A stretch of 38,535 nucleotides of DNA from contig MRSU01009362.1 in the NCBI GenBank assembly GCA_008369845.1, positions 1 to 38,535 on the forward strand, in the 5' to 3' direction. The stretch's first letter is position 1. Each line of letters starts with the position of its first letter. The position numbers and the translations under genes were made by a program. Below the pieces are notes generated by a model, which did no database searches, was not told where the DNA came from, and worked only from the letters and a program-made list of their open reading frames with translations. Positions 11,301 through 20,495 of this stretch are shown in pieces. The stretch is from Trichomonas gallinae (Eukaryota).

Positions 11301-14300
11301 CTTCTTCTGTGAATTTTGCACTAATGATCGAATAAATATTGGCATCTAATGCTCTGTTAACTGATTCAGCAAGTGCGAAGTCGAAAATATTAGAAAATTC
11401 TTTAATTGCAACAATTTTTGGAGAGTTTTTAATAATTTCGTTGACTTCTTTTTCGACAAGTTTTTCAACTCTGTTATTCAACAGATTAACAAGGAAAGTA
11501 GAATCATTTAGATCATTGATGACTTTGTTAACCATCCTGAGATTTGTATAGATAAAGTTTTCGATTGGCTTAATATTTAATGAAAAATGATCTAAAACTA
11601 AAACTGGTGAATAAAGATTTTCAAATGATAAAATATTTTCTTTTTGCGAGTTATTTTGAAGATTAAGTGAAGTAGAGTTTGAACTGAATCGAAGCACTGG
11701 CAGCTCAAGATCATAGAAGTCACCAGTATATTCATTTTCATGGAGATTTGATTGTTGCAAAACATCGAATTTTTGTTCCTTTCGGAGAGATTCGAGGTTA
11801 ATATCAAAATCGATGCTTTCTAATGCAACTTCATCAAAGAAAGATAGAATTGGCTGTGGTTTGTAGCTCTTCTCGTAATTAATCCTTGGAATAGAAACAA
11901 AATCGAATTCTGGTAGAATAAGCTGATATTCAAGGCGCAAAATATAGTCGGGAATTTGATTTGGTGAAATACTCGGAGCTTTAATGAACGAAAGTTCTTT
12001 TCCAAAAATGAAATTGAAAAGATAACTCTTTGATGCTATATATGCTTGGTCAATCATGTTAATTCTCTGATAATTTAACAAATGATTCTTGAATGAAATT
12101 TGATTAAAACTTAAATCAAAGTCGAATAATTTTTCGCTGAACTCTATATCAGTCTTTGATGCCAATGAAAATGAAATGATTGGCAAACTAACATCAATTT
12201 CAGGGAAATGGATTGAGTATTGAGGATCTTCAGGTTGAGGAGCAGGTATGAGTTCGAATGAATCTAAAGATGATAAAGTATTTGTGTTGAAATAGAGTTT
12301 CAATTCAAGTTCAAATTCTGGAAGATTTTGTTTTGGAATTTCATTCTTTGCAAGATTTTCCAGTGGAGTTTTATCGAATTTAATATCATTGAGTTGAAGA
12401 TCTATGCTGTAATTAGGATATTCTGTCTCAAGAATGCATGATTTTCCAATTCTATCGATTTGACATAAATCATCAAATTTCAATTGATCAAAGGATAAAT
12501 TCAGAATGTATTCAGGGTAATTCATTTCTGGGATCATGATTTGCTTGAACTCTATTAATCTGTTAATCAATGTATTCATATCAATTATGCTAAATTCTAA
12601 TGAAAATGTGAATTGAGAAGCAAAATCAATGTCTTTTTCTTGCACTGGATAATCAAACTGCGGAATTATCTCGAAGTTAATATCATTCTGAAGTTCATTC
12701 AATGAAAGATCAAGATCATAACTAACATTGTCAAATGATTGATTTGTTTCTTGATAAACGAAATTGTATAAACATGAGAAATCAAAATATAAATTCAGCT
12801 CTAAATCAAGTAAATAAACTTCTTCATTTTCGTTCAGTTTTTGATGTGAAGACTGATATATCTCTAAATTAGCAAATGATTTATTATCTTGTATAAGTTT
12901 GGATAAGTTCAGTTCAGGAATGTCGTAAATTTCATCGAATTTTTGCTTTGGAATGTTTTGTCTCGATAAAATTGATAAAGAAAGCAATTTTGTGAATGAT
13001 TCATTGACGTATTCTGTGATTATATCATCAATGTTATAATTATATTGACTAGAAATATCAGAAGATTGCTCTTCAAAGATCTCATTCAGTTCTCTGCAAA
13101 ATCTGAAATCAAAATTGAATTTTTGTGGAAATTCTGTCAAATTAAGAACAATAGAATCAGAATAAGACTTTGAAATCATTCCCAAATCATTCTGCTTGAT
13201 TGTACAATGCTCATGCAATAACAAAGCTTTTCTAAAAGGAACAATTTCGCATGGAATTTTGAGAGGAATGTCAACGAAGAAGTCGAAAGGAATTTTTTGT
13301 TTCTTGGCATCAAAATGAGTCATTCTGTAAAGATTGGACATATCTGGGAATTTAATAAGCGAATAAATATCATCCAAATCCATTAAAGATTCATCATCTA
13401 GATTGACAGGAATTTCAGGAGATGGAGAAATTCTAAGAACTTTGATTTTGTCAACCAAAATCTTCTCATCAAGTTTAATCATTTTAGCTGCAATTTCAGG
13501 AACATCAAAGCCGCAAATATCAACATTTTCATGAGCATATTGGTAAATTGGCTTTGTAGAAAGGAATTTCGCAAAGTCAACAGAAAGATTAATCGTTGAT
13601 GTTGAATCAAACAAGAAATCATCGGAAATTTCTGGCTTTGGAATTTTGCTGAGTTGGAAGAATTTCAGTGGATTGAAAATGTTTCTATTAATGATTGATG
13701 ATAGTGATAATTCTTTTGATAATGCATCTGCATATGATTTCGTGAAAGAAACATTTAAAGGAACCGAAATAACCGGGCAGAAAGGAAGTGAAAAACTGAA
13801 AATATTTTCATTGATTTTTGAGTAATTTTCTGTTGCTTTTTCTGCAACAAAATCAATTTCATCATCATAAGATGGACTACTCATCTCAAAGTATTTGAGC
13901 ATAAAATCATTATTAATAATAGAATTGAAATCAAACCTAGTTGTAAACAAATCAATTTCATCAACATTAAAATCGAAATCAACTTTTGTCAAATTGTGAA
14001 GGTTTGAAGCATCAATTTTTGCTGCAAATTCATTTGTTAGATCAAGAACAATGTCATCAGCTATTCTATCTGCAAAATTCGCTAAAATTTCAGCTTTGTT
14101 TGAGTAATATTTTGAAATGTTGTCGAGATTTGACATAATATTGAAGAAATTGTTGGATAATATGATAGAATTTGCAGCTTGTGAAGTAACATCATCGAGG
14201 AAAATTTCTTTTTCTGTTCTGATGACAGTAGCCATCTCGTGAAACACTGAGAGTCTATTAACATCAGGAATTTTGATTCCAAAATCTTCGATTTTATGTT

Positions 14301-15585
14301 GAGGAACAGTTAATATCATATCAGGGAAAAATGAAACCAAATCATCAGTAACTCTTGGAATAATTCCACTCCATGCAATGAAAGACTTGTGGAGGATGGA
14401 AAGATTGGCTTTTCTTTTCTGTGAAAATGTCTTGAAAGCTTTTTGAATCATTTTCGCTGCATTGTTTTTCGCCTGATTTTCTACCAACTTGAAACTTTGA
14501 TTGTAGATGCTTCTTAACTTGTGCATCGTCAGCCAGTGGATGTTCGCTCTTTCGTGCCAGATGTAGAACATCCTATATTGAAGCAGTTTATTATGTCTTT
14601 TATCTTTGATGTCGAGTAATTTTCGTTTTGCAATCTTTAGATTTTTAATTTTTGTTTCGTGAACTAATTCACGAGAAAACATCTTGAAAAGACGCTTGTA
14701 TTTGATGTAATTAGATTCTTTGGTGAGTTTAGATGCTTGGATTCGCCTCTTGTAGTTTGAAACAATTTCTTTCCATTTTCTTTCGCGCAAAAGTTTGTTG
14801 AATGATCTTTTGATTATATCTATTTTAGATTTCAGCGCCAATTCGCTTGCAAAGTAGTTCCAATTCTTCTTGCTCGTGAAGTTTGAGTGCACATCAAGAA
14901 CAACGGAAATACGAAGCCCACGAGCGAGATTCTTCCATTTCTTTCGTTGCTGATTTTCGTAATTTTTGAGTCTGAAATTTTGGCGAATTTGGCGTTTCAT
15001 GAGCTTTTGGGCAAACAAGGACCATCTATCTATAATAATTTTTCGTATTTCAGCGTATTCTTGTGCGTTCTGATTCCATTGAGCAAAATATTTCTTTAAT
15101 ATCAACTGATTCAACCGAGAATCCTTTAAATCCTGGCATTTCTGTATTCTGTGCTTGTGTAGTATCATTAGAGACAGTGATGCCCAATTAGATCTGTAAA
15201 TTTCACGATAAATTTTTGGAAGTTGTTCTCGTGCAAGGGAAAATATATTTTTCTGTGCGATTGATTTGATTTTTCTGGCAAATAATATCCATTTCCATCG
15301 TCGCATCCAGTAAATAAAGATAGATCCTCTGATAATTGTTTCGTATTTATTCAAATTATCGTGTATCTTCTTGTTTTTCTTCAACAAATCGAACATTTGC
15401 TTATTTTTGTATCGTTTGACTAGATTTATAAAGCAATTGCGCTTACCATTCCGTGAATAAATTTCCTTAAGTCGGACTGTTTTCTTCGAAATTTCAAATA
15501 TCATGAATCCAGGTGTTGATGTAGCTTCTAGCAGTCCATCAACGAAATGTTCCTGGAGGAGGTCTTGTTTCTTCGCCCTCCACAT
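8362..15585 (-). CDS. Giant (~2400 aa) hypothetical protein: basic Trp-spaced helical N-terminus with an IQ-like motif, and a highly acidic C-terminal repeat region
   Basis: Uninterrupted 7.2 kb ORF. The first ATG is at 15585 (MWRAKK); the ORF-track start at 15645 is not an ATG. IQ-like AAKMIQKAFKTF at about 14425-14460. About 10 copies of K(I/F)YNF(H/Y)(E/V)E-like motifs in the acidic tail. Confidence 0.85.
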   Translation of the reverse strand: MWRAKKQDLLQEHFVDGLLEATSTPGFMIFEISKKTVRLKEIYSRNGKRNCFINLVKRYKNKQMFDLLKKNKKIHDNLNKYETIIRGSIFIYWMRRWKWILFARKIKSIAQKNIFSLAREQLPKIYREIYRSNWASLSLMILHKHRIQKCQDLKDSRLNQLILKKYFAQWNQNAQEYAEIRKIIIDRWSLFAQKLMKRQIRQNFRLKNYENQQRKKWKNLARGLRISVVLDVHSNFTSKKNWNYFASELALKSKIDIIKRSFNKLLRERKWKEIVSNYKRRIQASKLTKESNYIKYKRLFKMFSRELVHETKIKNLKIAKRKLLDIKDKRHNKLLQYRMFYIWHERANIHWLTMHKLRSIYNQSFKLVENQAKNNAAKMIQKAFKTFSQKRKANLSILHKSFIAWSGIIPRVTDDLVSFFPDMILTVPQHKIEDFGIKIPDVNRLSVFHEMATVIRTEKEIFLDDVTSQAANSIILSNNFFNIMSNLDNISKYYSNKAEILANFADRIADDIVLDLTNEFAAKIDASNLHNLTKVDFDFNVDEIDLFTTRFDFNSIINNDFMLKYFEMSSPSYDDEIDFVAEKATENYSKINENIFSFSLPFCPVISVPLNVSFTKSYADALSKELSLSSIINRNIFNPLKFFQLSKIPKPEISDDFLFDSTSTINLSVDFAKFLSTKPIYQYAHENVDICGFDVPEIAAKMIKLDEKILVDKIKVLRISPSPEIPVNLDDESLMDLDDIYSLIKFPDMSNLYRMTHFDAKKQKIPFDFFVDIPLKIPCEIVPFRKALLLHEHCTIKQNDLGMISKSYSDSIVLNLTEFPQKFNFDFRFCRELNEIFEEQSSDISSQYNYNIDDIITEYVNESFTKLLSLSILSRQNIPKQKFDEIYDIPELNLSKLIQDNKSFANLEIYQSSHQKLNENEEVYLLDLELNLYFDFSCLYNFVYQETNQSFDNVSYDLDLSLNELQNDINFEIIPQFDYPVQEKDIDFASQFTFSLEFSIIDMNTLINRLIEFKQIMIPEMNYPEYILNLSFDQLKFDDLCQIDRIGKSCILETEYPNYSIDLQLNDIKFDKTPLENLAKNEIPKQNLPEFELELKLYFNTNTLSSLDSFELIPAPQPEDPQYSIHFPEIDVSLPIISFSLASKTDIEFSEKLFDFDLSFNQISFKNHLLNYQRINMIDQAYIASKSYLFNFIFGKELSFIKAPSISPNQIPDYILRLEYQLILPEFDFVSIPRINYEKSYKPQPILSFFDEVALESIDFDINLESLRKEQKFDVLQQSNLHENEYTGDFYDLELPVLRFSSNSTSLNLQNNSQKENILSFENLYSPVLVLDHFSLNIKPIENFIYTNLRMVNKVINDLNDSTFLVNLLNNRVEKLVEKEVNEIIKNSPKIVAIKEFSNIFDFALAESVNRALDANIYSIISAKFTEEEQEIKEELDNTFDLLESKTDENTLDHSYHIEEKDYESDDEDYYFLLEPKPTFQSQISPISKEDAKEEFSANKENLEEELSFNASLTFDDLPQDVDLYKAEESVNEKDKEEAISQKQVKDENDSQMNEQELEEESLMSEIIEQKAEEDQIENIPEKENHNEEETDDYTYEEEEELIEQSFIGNAPANIYNFHEQESMDETKEDNIEIDLQNENRDIQLEEKFPPKIYNFYEEKDDLNNEGKININDDEIQEDGLEEENRDIQHEEENVTHSLKENSPIKIYNFHEENDDDLNNEDRIDINDEEEESVGETKEDDLKEENRDIQHEEEKVTHSLKENFPIKIYNFHVEDDSENDDDLEKEDKIDIDSDQEKLMNDTKEENTDIKLEEEDQPRNELVQFKIYNFHVENDDDLINEDRIDINDEEEEPVNETKEDDLKDENRDNQQEEETTTHSSIKFYNFYEEKDDEMKIDDKIDIDSDEEETMNETKEDDLQNENRIVKLQEDNQSAKEKSPTKIYNFHEENDDLEKLNKVGDAIEEESMDENQQDNFDVDLQKENRDIKTVQEVIDKVPAKIYNFYEENDDLVKENKKVELEQEEIESIDQSFNETAPEKIYNFHEEEEAVKHEDDFKNENRDNELKKESIESLIVENYKENAEENEVDSKIEIRAIEHEEERIDKADDEEEEIENQDNAEEEDVYDLSENDEEIRINDNEFDEEESIFEIISNEAVELQKKKSVNKTEDEESKFSIISEDESEKAPVNIYHFDEDDENLTHPEEESFVFHDTTDTIDANEEVEDGEIIFEESQLEVNEEESVNNIVNNSMESIEGLSSIDFDLEKERSFIGDTISDIFEESQSNPNYVFDSSIINDGENQQKFEEEEKDDDSIFSFIRSEIEEMTHEEIDTNNEEDDSDEAAYILSCVVKDCIEEFYNNLENSELEPVIDSIDIELDNEIERICMSPIVNALDSIRFVEKETKRVSWNI
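9010..10750 (-). repeat. Intragenic coding repeats (about 40-60 aa units containing KIYNFHEE and ENRDI motifs)
   Basis: Near-identical DNA blocks, e.g. around 10270-10360 versus 10455-10535 (HSLKENFPIKIYNFH / HSLKENSPIKIYNFH). Confidence 0.85.
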
Positions 15586-16985
15586 TTCGAAGAATTTCAG
15601 TGGCCGTTTAAAAATTGATTTTATTGAAAAAATCTGATTTATCAAAAATTAACAACATCCTATGTATCTACAATAGTTTTGCAGATAAATATCAATAGAA
15701 AATCTCAATATTCTGCATTTTTTTTTCTGCAAAATATTAATTGATTTATTTTCAGAAAGGAACTAATCTATATAATAGATTCACTTTTTGTCTATAAACA
15801 TTATGTATTACTCAACGAAATTCAACAAAAATTAAAATTTTTCATTTAACACGGATTGGGTTAATATTTCGTTTCAACTTTTACAAAAATCATGAGTACT
15901 ACCAAATATGAATCATCATTTCTTCACCACTTTGCTCCTTACAAGTAGTGGCATTCACTAATGGTAGAATGCTGCTTTTATTGCATCAAGTTTTACGAAA
16001 TTATTTGCAATTGCTTGGATATTATTAGCTAACATATTAATATTTTTGAAATTTTACATTCTCTTTTCAATTAGCGGAATTTTTCTGTGACGATAAATGT
16101 CACTTTTCAATCTCAATTTACGAATCAGATCCTTAATTACAAATATAGCCTTGAGATAGTATTTAACGATCAAAATACATTAACATGCAAGCAAAAATTT
16201 ATACTGCATTACAAGAAACGTTTTTGCGCCAATTTTCCACTGATTTTTTTCGATTAAAATCATCTCAAAGCAACGTAAAACGCTTTTAAGCAAATAATCA
16301 TGATACTTAATGCTTATAATATTTTTATTTAAAATTTTGTTTCAATATCAAGTCAATATCCGGTGATCAATAGGAGTTCGATAATACTGAACTTAAATTT
16401 TGCATTTGCTCTAATGGTTTTATTAAATTTATTGGTTTAACAGAGTAGTTTTAAAAAGTTTTCTTTTTTTTTGCATTTTACGATAATTTGTATTAAAAAA
16501 TGAAACATGTGACTTACCAACACTTTATTACGGTAACAGCAAATACATGGGACTCTTTAGAATGCTAAAAACTTTGAAAGAGAAGAAAACAATGATATTT
16601 TGATTCATCAAATAATTAATTTCATAGGCGCCTAACAAAACAGTTTGATTGAATTAATGATGCTGATGGTGAATATACTAAAGTTGGAAAAAATCGAAGT
16701 TGTAAAAATTCATCAAAGTGAATAGAATAAAATTTTTTCTTTCATAAATATAATAAACAAAATGTATATTCATTTTTTAATTCATTTTCATCGAACTAAA
16801 TTTTGAAGAAAATTTCAAAATTTTTATGTTATTTTTCTATTTAACAATTAAATATGAATAAATTTATTTGAGTTTTGCTCAAAAATATCAAAAGAAAATT
16901 TTTCTCTAAGGAATTAACGCATATATCCTATACAAAGCTTGCGTTAAAACCATCCAAACAACATTGAAATACCCGAACACATTGA

Positions 16986-17056
16986 GATCCTCCTTCACAA
17001 TTTTTTACAAAAGTTCAGAAATCGCCGATCATTTTGTGAAAAATTGAAGAGCGATC
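16986..17056 (+). other. Imperfect inverted repeat / 71-nt hairpin upstream of the ABCA gene
   Basis: 16998-17012 pairs with 17032-17046 (15 contiguous pairs including one G-U), extended by about 9 further pairs to GATC/GATC ends, with a 19-nt loop. Confidence 0.5.
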
Positions 17057-17228
17057 ACTTTGAATTATTTTTTTTATTCATCAACACTCAACAAATTAAA
17101 CGTTTAAATGCATATAACATTATTACTATCAAAATTTTGAATATCAGTTTGCGATTACAATTTGAATGAGGACTATGAAAATTTTGAGATGCTTCCGCTA
17201 ATTATCTAGCCGCGTTATAAAATCATAA

Positions 17229-20024
17229 ATGTCTAGTACTGATACATCAGACATACCTATTGTTCCTGCAGATAAGGCAGTCGAGGATCAGGAGACTCCA
17301 GTTGAGCCAAAGCCTCAGCCAACTGAAGAGAAACCAAAAGAAGAAGAAAAGCCAAAGGAAGAAGTAAAGAAGGCTGATGATGAACCAGAGAAATCTGTTA
17401 GCAGCTCTTCTTCTTCCTCTCCTTCATCAAGGAAGGTTGCAAGACCATCTTCTCAGGCTTCGAGAAGATCATCAAGGATCCAGAGAAGAACTACAGATAT
17501 TATGAGCGCTAATCCTGAGCTCGATGAAGAAGCTGAGCGCGAAAGCGATGCTAAGCACCATCCATCAGGTGCCCAGTTCAAGGCTATGTTCTACAGAAGA
17601 TGGATCGGCATTAAGAGATCATTAGTCAGCGTTATTTCCAATATCATTGTCACACTAGTTGTTTCTTGCTTAGCCATTATCGTTAAAGTACTTATGGACT
17701 CATTAGTTCAGGATCAAATTATTTTATACAATTTCAATGCTTTCCCAACAAAACCAAAGATTCTCGCAGTCGTGGCAAGTGATTATGAAAATAATTTCGC
17801 GAACAAACCATTCCAAGCGAAATATATTTACTCAATTAATCGATTATTCCGCCATGATATGGGATATGATCCCGATCTGAAACTATTTAAGACTGTGGAA
17901 GATGCAAATGACTACTTATACAAGTGCAAAAAGAACGGAACATTCGTTGCTATGGGTATTGGTCTCCCAGAAGAATTCAATCCACAAGGCAACAACACTA
18001 TTTCAATGATTTGGAATGATACAATGTCTATGAACGTCAACACATTGCTTTTCTCTAACATGTCATTAATTTCGTATTGCAATCTTTACAGAATAGAGAT
18101 TGCGACGTTGACAATACCACCGAACATGTCTGATGCAAAGTATGCTGCAATCCCAGATGCTATGAAACAAGGGGCTTTCGAAGCTTTCAAGCAATATGGA
18201 ATTGCTCAACCTGCAGACTTCAGCATCATTTATTCACTTTTAGCTGGTCAGGGCAGAGATATTGTTTTCTCTGTTGTTGCTCCACTTCTTATTGCCGCTG
18301 GTTTGACAAGTATCATCACAACAGTCATTATTACACCAATTCTCGATATCCAGGGCCCAATCAGAGCATACATGGTTTCTTGCTCACTTGAAATTCTCCC
18401 ATACTGGGTTGTCACATTCCTCTTCGATTTCTTCATCTGGATCATCGAAGTTACACTTGTTTGGCTCTTGTTCGTTATCTGCAAGATTCCAAACTTCTAC
18501 AAGAACCTCGGCGTTTCTTACTACATCATCTTCATCTGCGGCCCAGCAATGATCCTTTACATCTACGTTTTGTCATTCTTGTTCACAAACGCAGATTCTG
18601 CTGCTAGAAACGCTTTCATCGTCAACATCATTCTCCTTATCATCCCAATCATCGTCACACTTGTTACACTCGACTTCAACGACCCACTCGGCTCAATCAA
18701 GAAGACAGACTGGTGCGGCTGGCTCTACGGTCTTCTCCCACCACTGCTCATGGAAGGCTACATGCAGAACGTTTTCATCTACTACAACTACAACAAGGAA
18801 GGCATGAAGTACTACTTCAAGAACGAGTCAACAGCACAGCCATACTCCATTTACGCATTCGTTGATATCATTATCTATGGCGTCATTCTCTTCGTCATTG
18901 AGAGATACAGAATCTGGCTCCAGCGTAAGGCAGCCAAGTCCAATTTCGGCGACTACCACGAGTTCTTCGACGAACAGAAGAAGAAGCATCCAGTTACACA
19001 GGAAGCTCACGATATGGAGAAGGAAGTCGAAGAGAACAACGACTATGCTGTCAGAATCCACAACGTTTCCAGACTTTTCTTCAACACAGAAGGCAAGCCA
19101 ATTCCAGCTGTTAACAAAGTTTCTCTTGGTGTCAAGAAGGGCTCATTATTCGGATTCCTTGGTGCTAATGGTGCAGGTAAGACAACATTGATTAACATGA
19201 TCACATCACTTCTTCCACCATCAGATGGTACAATCGAAATCAATGGCAAGGATATCATGGTTGAAAACGATCCATCATTGCTTGCTGTCTGCCCACAGTT
19301 CAACACACACCTTTGCATGGATATGACAATCTCAGAACACTTCCACTTCTACTCATTGCTCCATAGAATGAGCCCAGACCACGAGAGAAGAAACAGCGAA
19401 CGTCTCATTCAACTTCTCGAGCTCCAAGAACTCAAGGATATCCCAATCAGAGAACTCTCTGAAGGTGATGTCAGAAAACTTGCTATTGCTCTTTCCTTCC
19501 TCGGCAGAGCTAAGATCATCCTTCTCGATGAGCCAACAGCTACACTCGATCCAGTTTCAAGAAGACAAGTCCACGAAATGGTTCTTTACTACAGAGGCCA
19601 GAAGACTTTCATGCTTTGCACACACTTGCTTTCCGAAGCTGAAGCACTTTGCGACAACATCTCTATCATGATCAAGGGTAACGTTTACACAGTTGGATCT
19701 CCACAGTACCTTCAGTCCAAGTTCGGTACAGACTACAAGATCGATATGCAGCTCAACGATGAAACAGAAGAAACAGGTGCGCTCGTTGATAAGTTCTTCA
19801 CAGAAAACATTCCACAGGCAGCTTTATCAATAAAGCGTCCATCGGCTAGAATCTACAACGTTCTCGCTTCTTCTATCAAGCTTGGCACATTGTTCAAGAA
19901 GATGGAAGAGGGTAAGAGAGGCAATAATGGCTTCAAGTACTACACTTGCTCATCATCATCACTTGAGAAAGTGTTCATGGAAATTGTTAGAATCTCTGAA
20001 GGTGACGAAGGCACACTTATGTAA
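17229..20024 (+). CDS. ABC transporter, subfamily A, half-size (one TMD + one NBD)
   Basis: QFKAMFYRRW before TM1, a large extracellular loop and further TM helices. AVNKVSLGV, Walker A GANGAGKTT, CPQF Q-loop, signature LSEGDVRKL, Walker B IILLDEPT, H-loop LCTHLLSEAEALCD, and C-terminal SLEKVF typical of ABCA. An Inr-like TCATA lies directly before the ATG. Confidence 0.93.
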   Translation: MSSTDTSDIPIVPADKAVEDQETPVEPKPQPTEEKPKEEEKPKEEVKKADDEPEKSVSSSSSSSPSSRKVARPSSQASRRSSRIQRRTTDIMSANPELDEEAERESDAKHHPSGAQFKAMFYRRWIGIKRSLVSVISNIIVTLVVSCLAIIVKVLMDSLVQDQIILYNFNAFPTKPKILAVVASDYENNFANKPFQAKYIYSINRLFRHDMGYDPDLKLFKTVEDANDYLYKCKKNGTFVAMGIGLPEEFNPQGNNTISMIWNDTMSMNVNTLLFSNMSLISYCNLYRIEIATLTIPPNMSDAKYAAIPDAMKQGAFEAFKQYGIAQPADFSIIYSLLAGQGRDIVFSVVAPLLIAAGLTSIITTVIITPILDIQGPIRAYMVSCSLEILPYWVVTFLFDFFIWIIEVTLVWLLFVICKIPNFYKNLGVSYYIIFICGPAMILYIYVLSFLFTNADSAARNAFIVNIILLIIPIIVTLVTLDFNDPLGSIKKTDWCGWLYGLLPPLLMEGYMQNVFIYYNYNKEGMKYYFKNESTAQPYSIYAFVDIIIYGVILFVIERYRIWLQRKAAKSNFGDYHEFFDEQKKKHPVTQEAHDMEKEVEENNDYAVRIHNVSRLFFNTEGKPIPAVNKVSLGVKKGSLFGFLGANGAGKTTLINMITSLLPPSDGTIEINGKDIMVENDPSLLAVCPQFNTHLCMDMTISEHFHFYSLLHRMSPDHERRNSERLIQLLELQELKDIPIRELSEGDVRKLAIALSFLGRAKIILLDEPTATLDPVSRRQVHEMVLYYRGQKTFMLCTHLLSEAEALCDNISIMIKGNVYTVGSPQYLQSKFGTDYKIDMQLNDETEETGALVDKFFTENIPQAALSIKRPSARIYNVLASSIKLGTLFKKMEEGKRGNNGFKYYTCSSSSLEKVFMEIVRISEGDEGTLM

Positions 20025-20114
20025 TTTTACAATAAAATATTCTATTTTTGTTAAATAATAAAATACATTTTTACAAACAATTACAAATTATCAAAAACGT
20101 CAATCATAATCATA

Positions 20115-20466
20115 GATAAAAGTTGATACTTTAGCTAATATTTCTATTATAATATTGATGTTTTAATTTTGTTAATTAAAAAAAATATTAAAACTCGAAA
20201 TGAAAGGTTATTGATTATAGTATATTGTCTTTCTATTGATAGAAGTTGTTATATTAGCTAACATTGCTATTATTATGCTTTCATTATGAATAAAAAAAAT
20301 TTTGATATTCAAAATGAAAGATTATAAGTAGTAATATATTGTTTCCCTATTGATAAATTTGCTATGATAGCTAATAGAGTTATTATAATGTTTTCATTTT
20401 GAATAAAAAAAATGATATTCAAAATGAAATGTTGTAAGTGGTAGTATAGTGTTTCCTGTTGATAGA
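20115..20466. repeat. Degenerate tandem repeat, 3 units of about 110-125 bp, between convergent genes
   Basis: The unit GATA...TAGCTAA...TATTAT...TAAAAAAAA...AAATGAAA...AGTA(T/A)...TGTTTCC...TT restarts at about 20115, 20238, 20352 and 20461. Confidence 0.75.
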
Positions 20467-20495
20467 AAACACATATTATAGTGAGATCAACAAAA

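Noticed and set aside
16914..17070. H/ACA snoRNA reading of the twin hairpins
   Set aside because: There is no ACA box just after the second hairpin and no clear pseudouridylation pockets; kept only as an unexplained hairpin.
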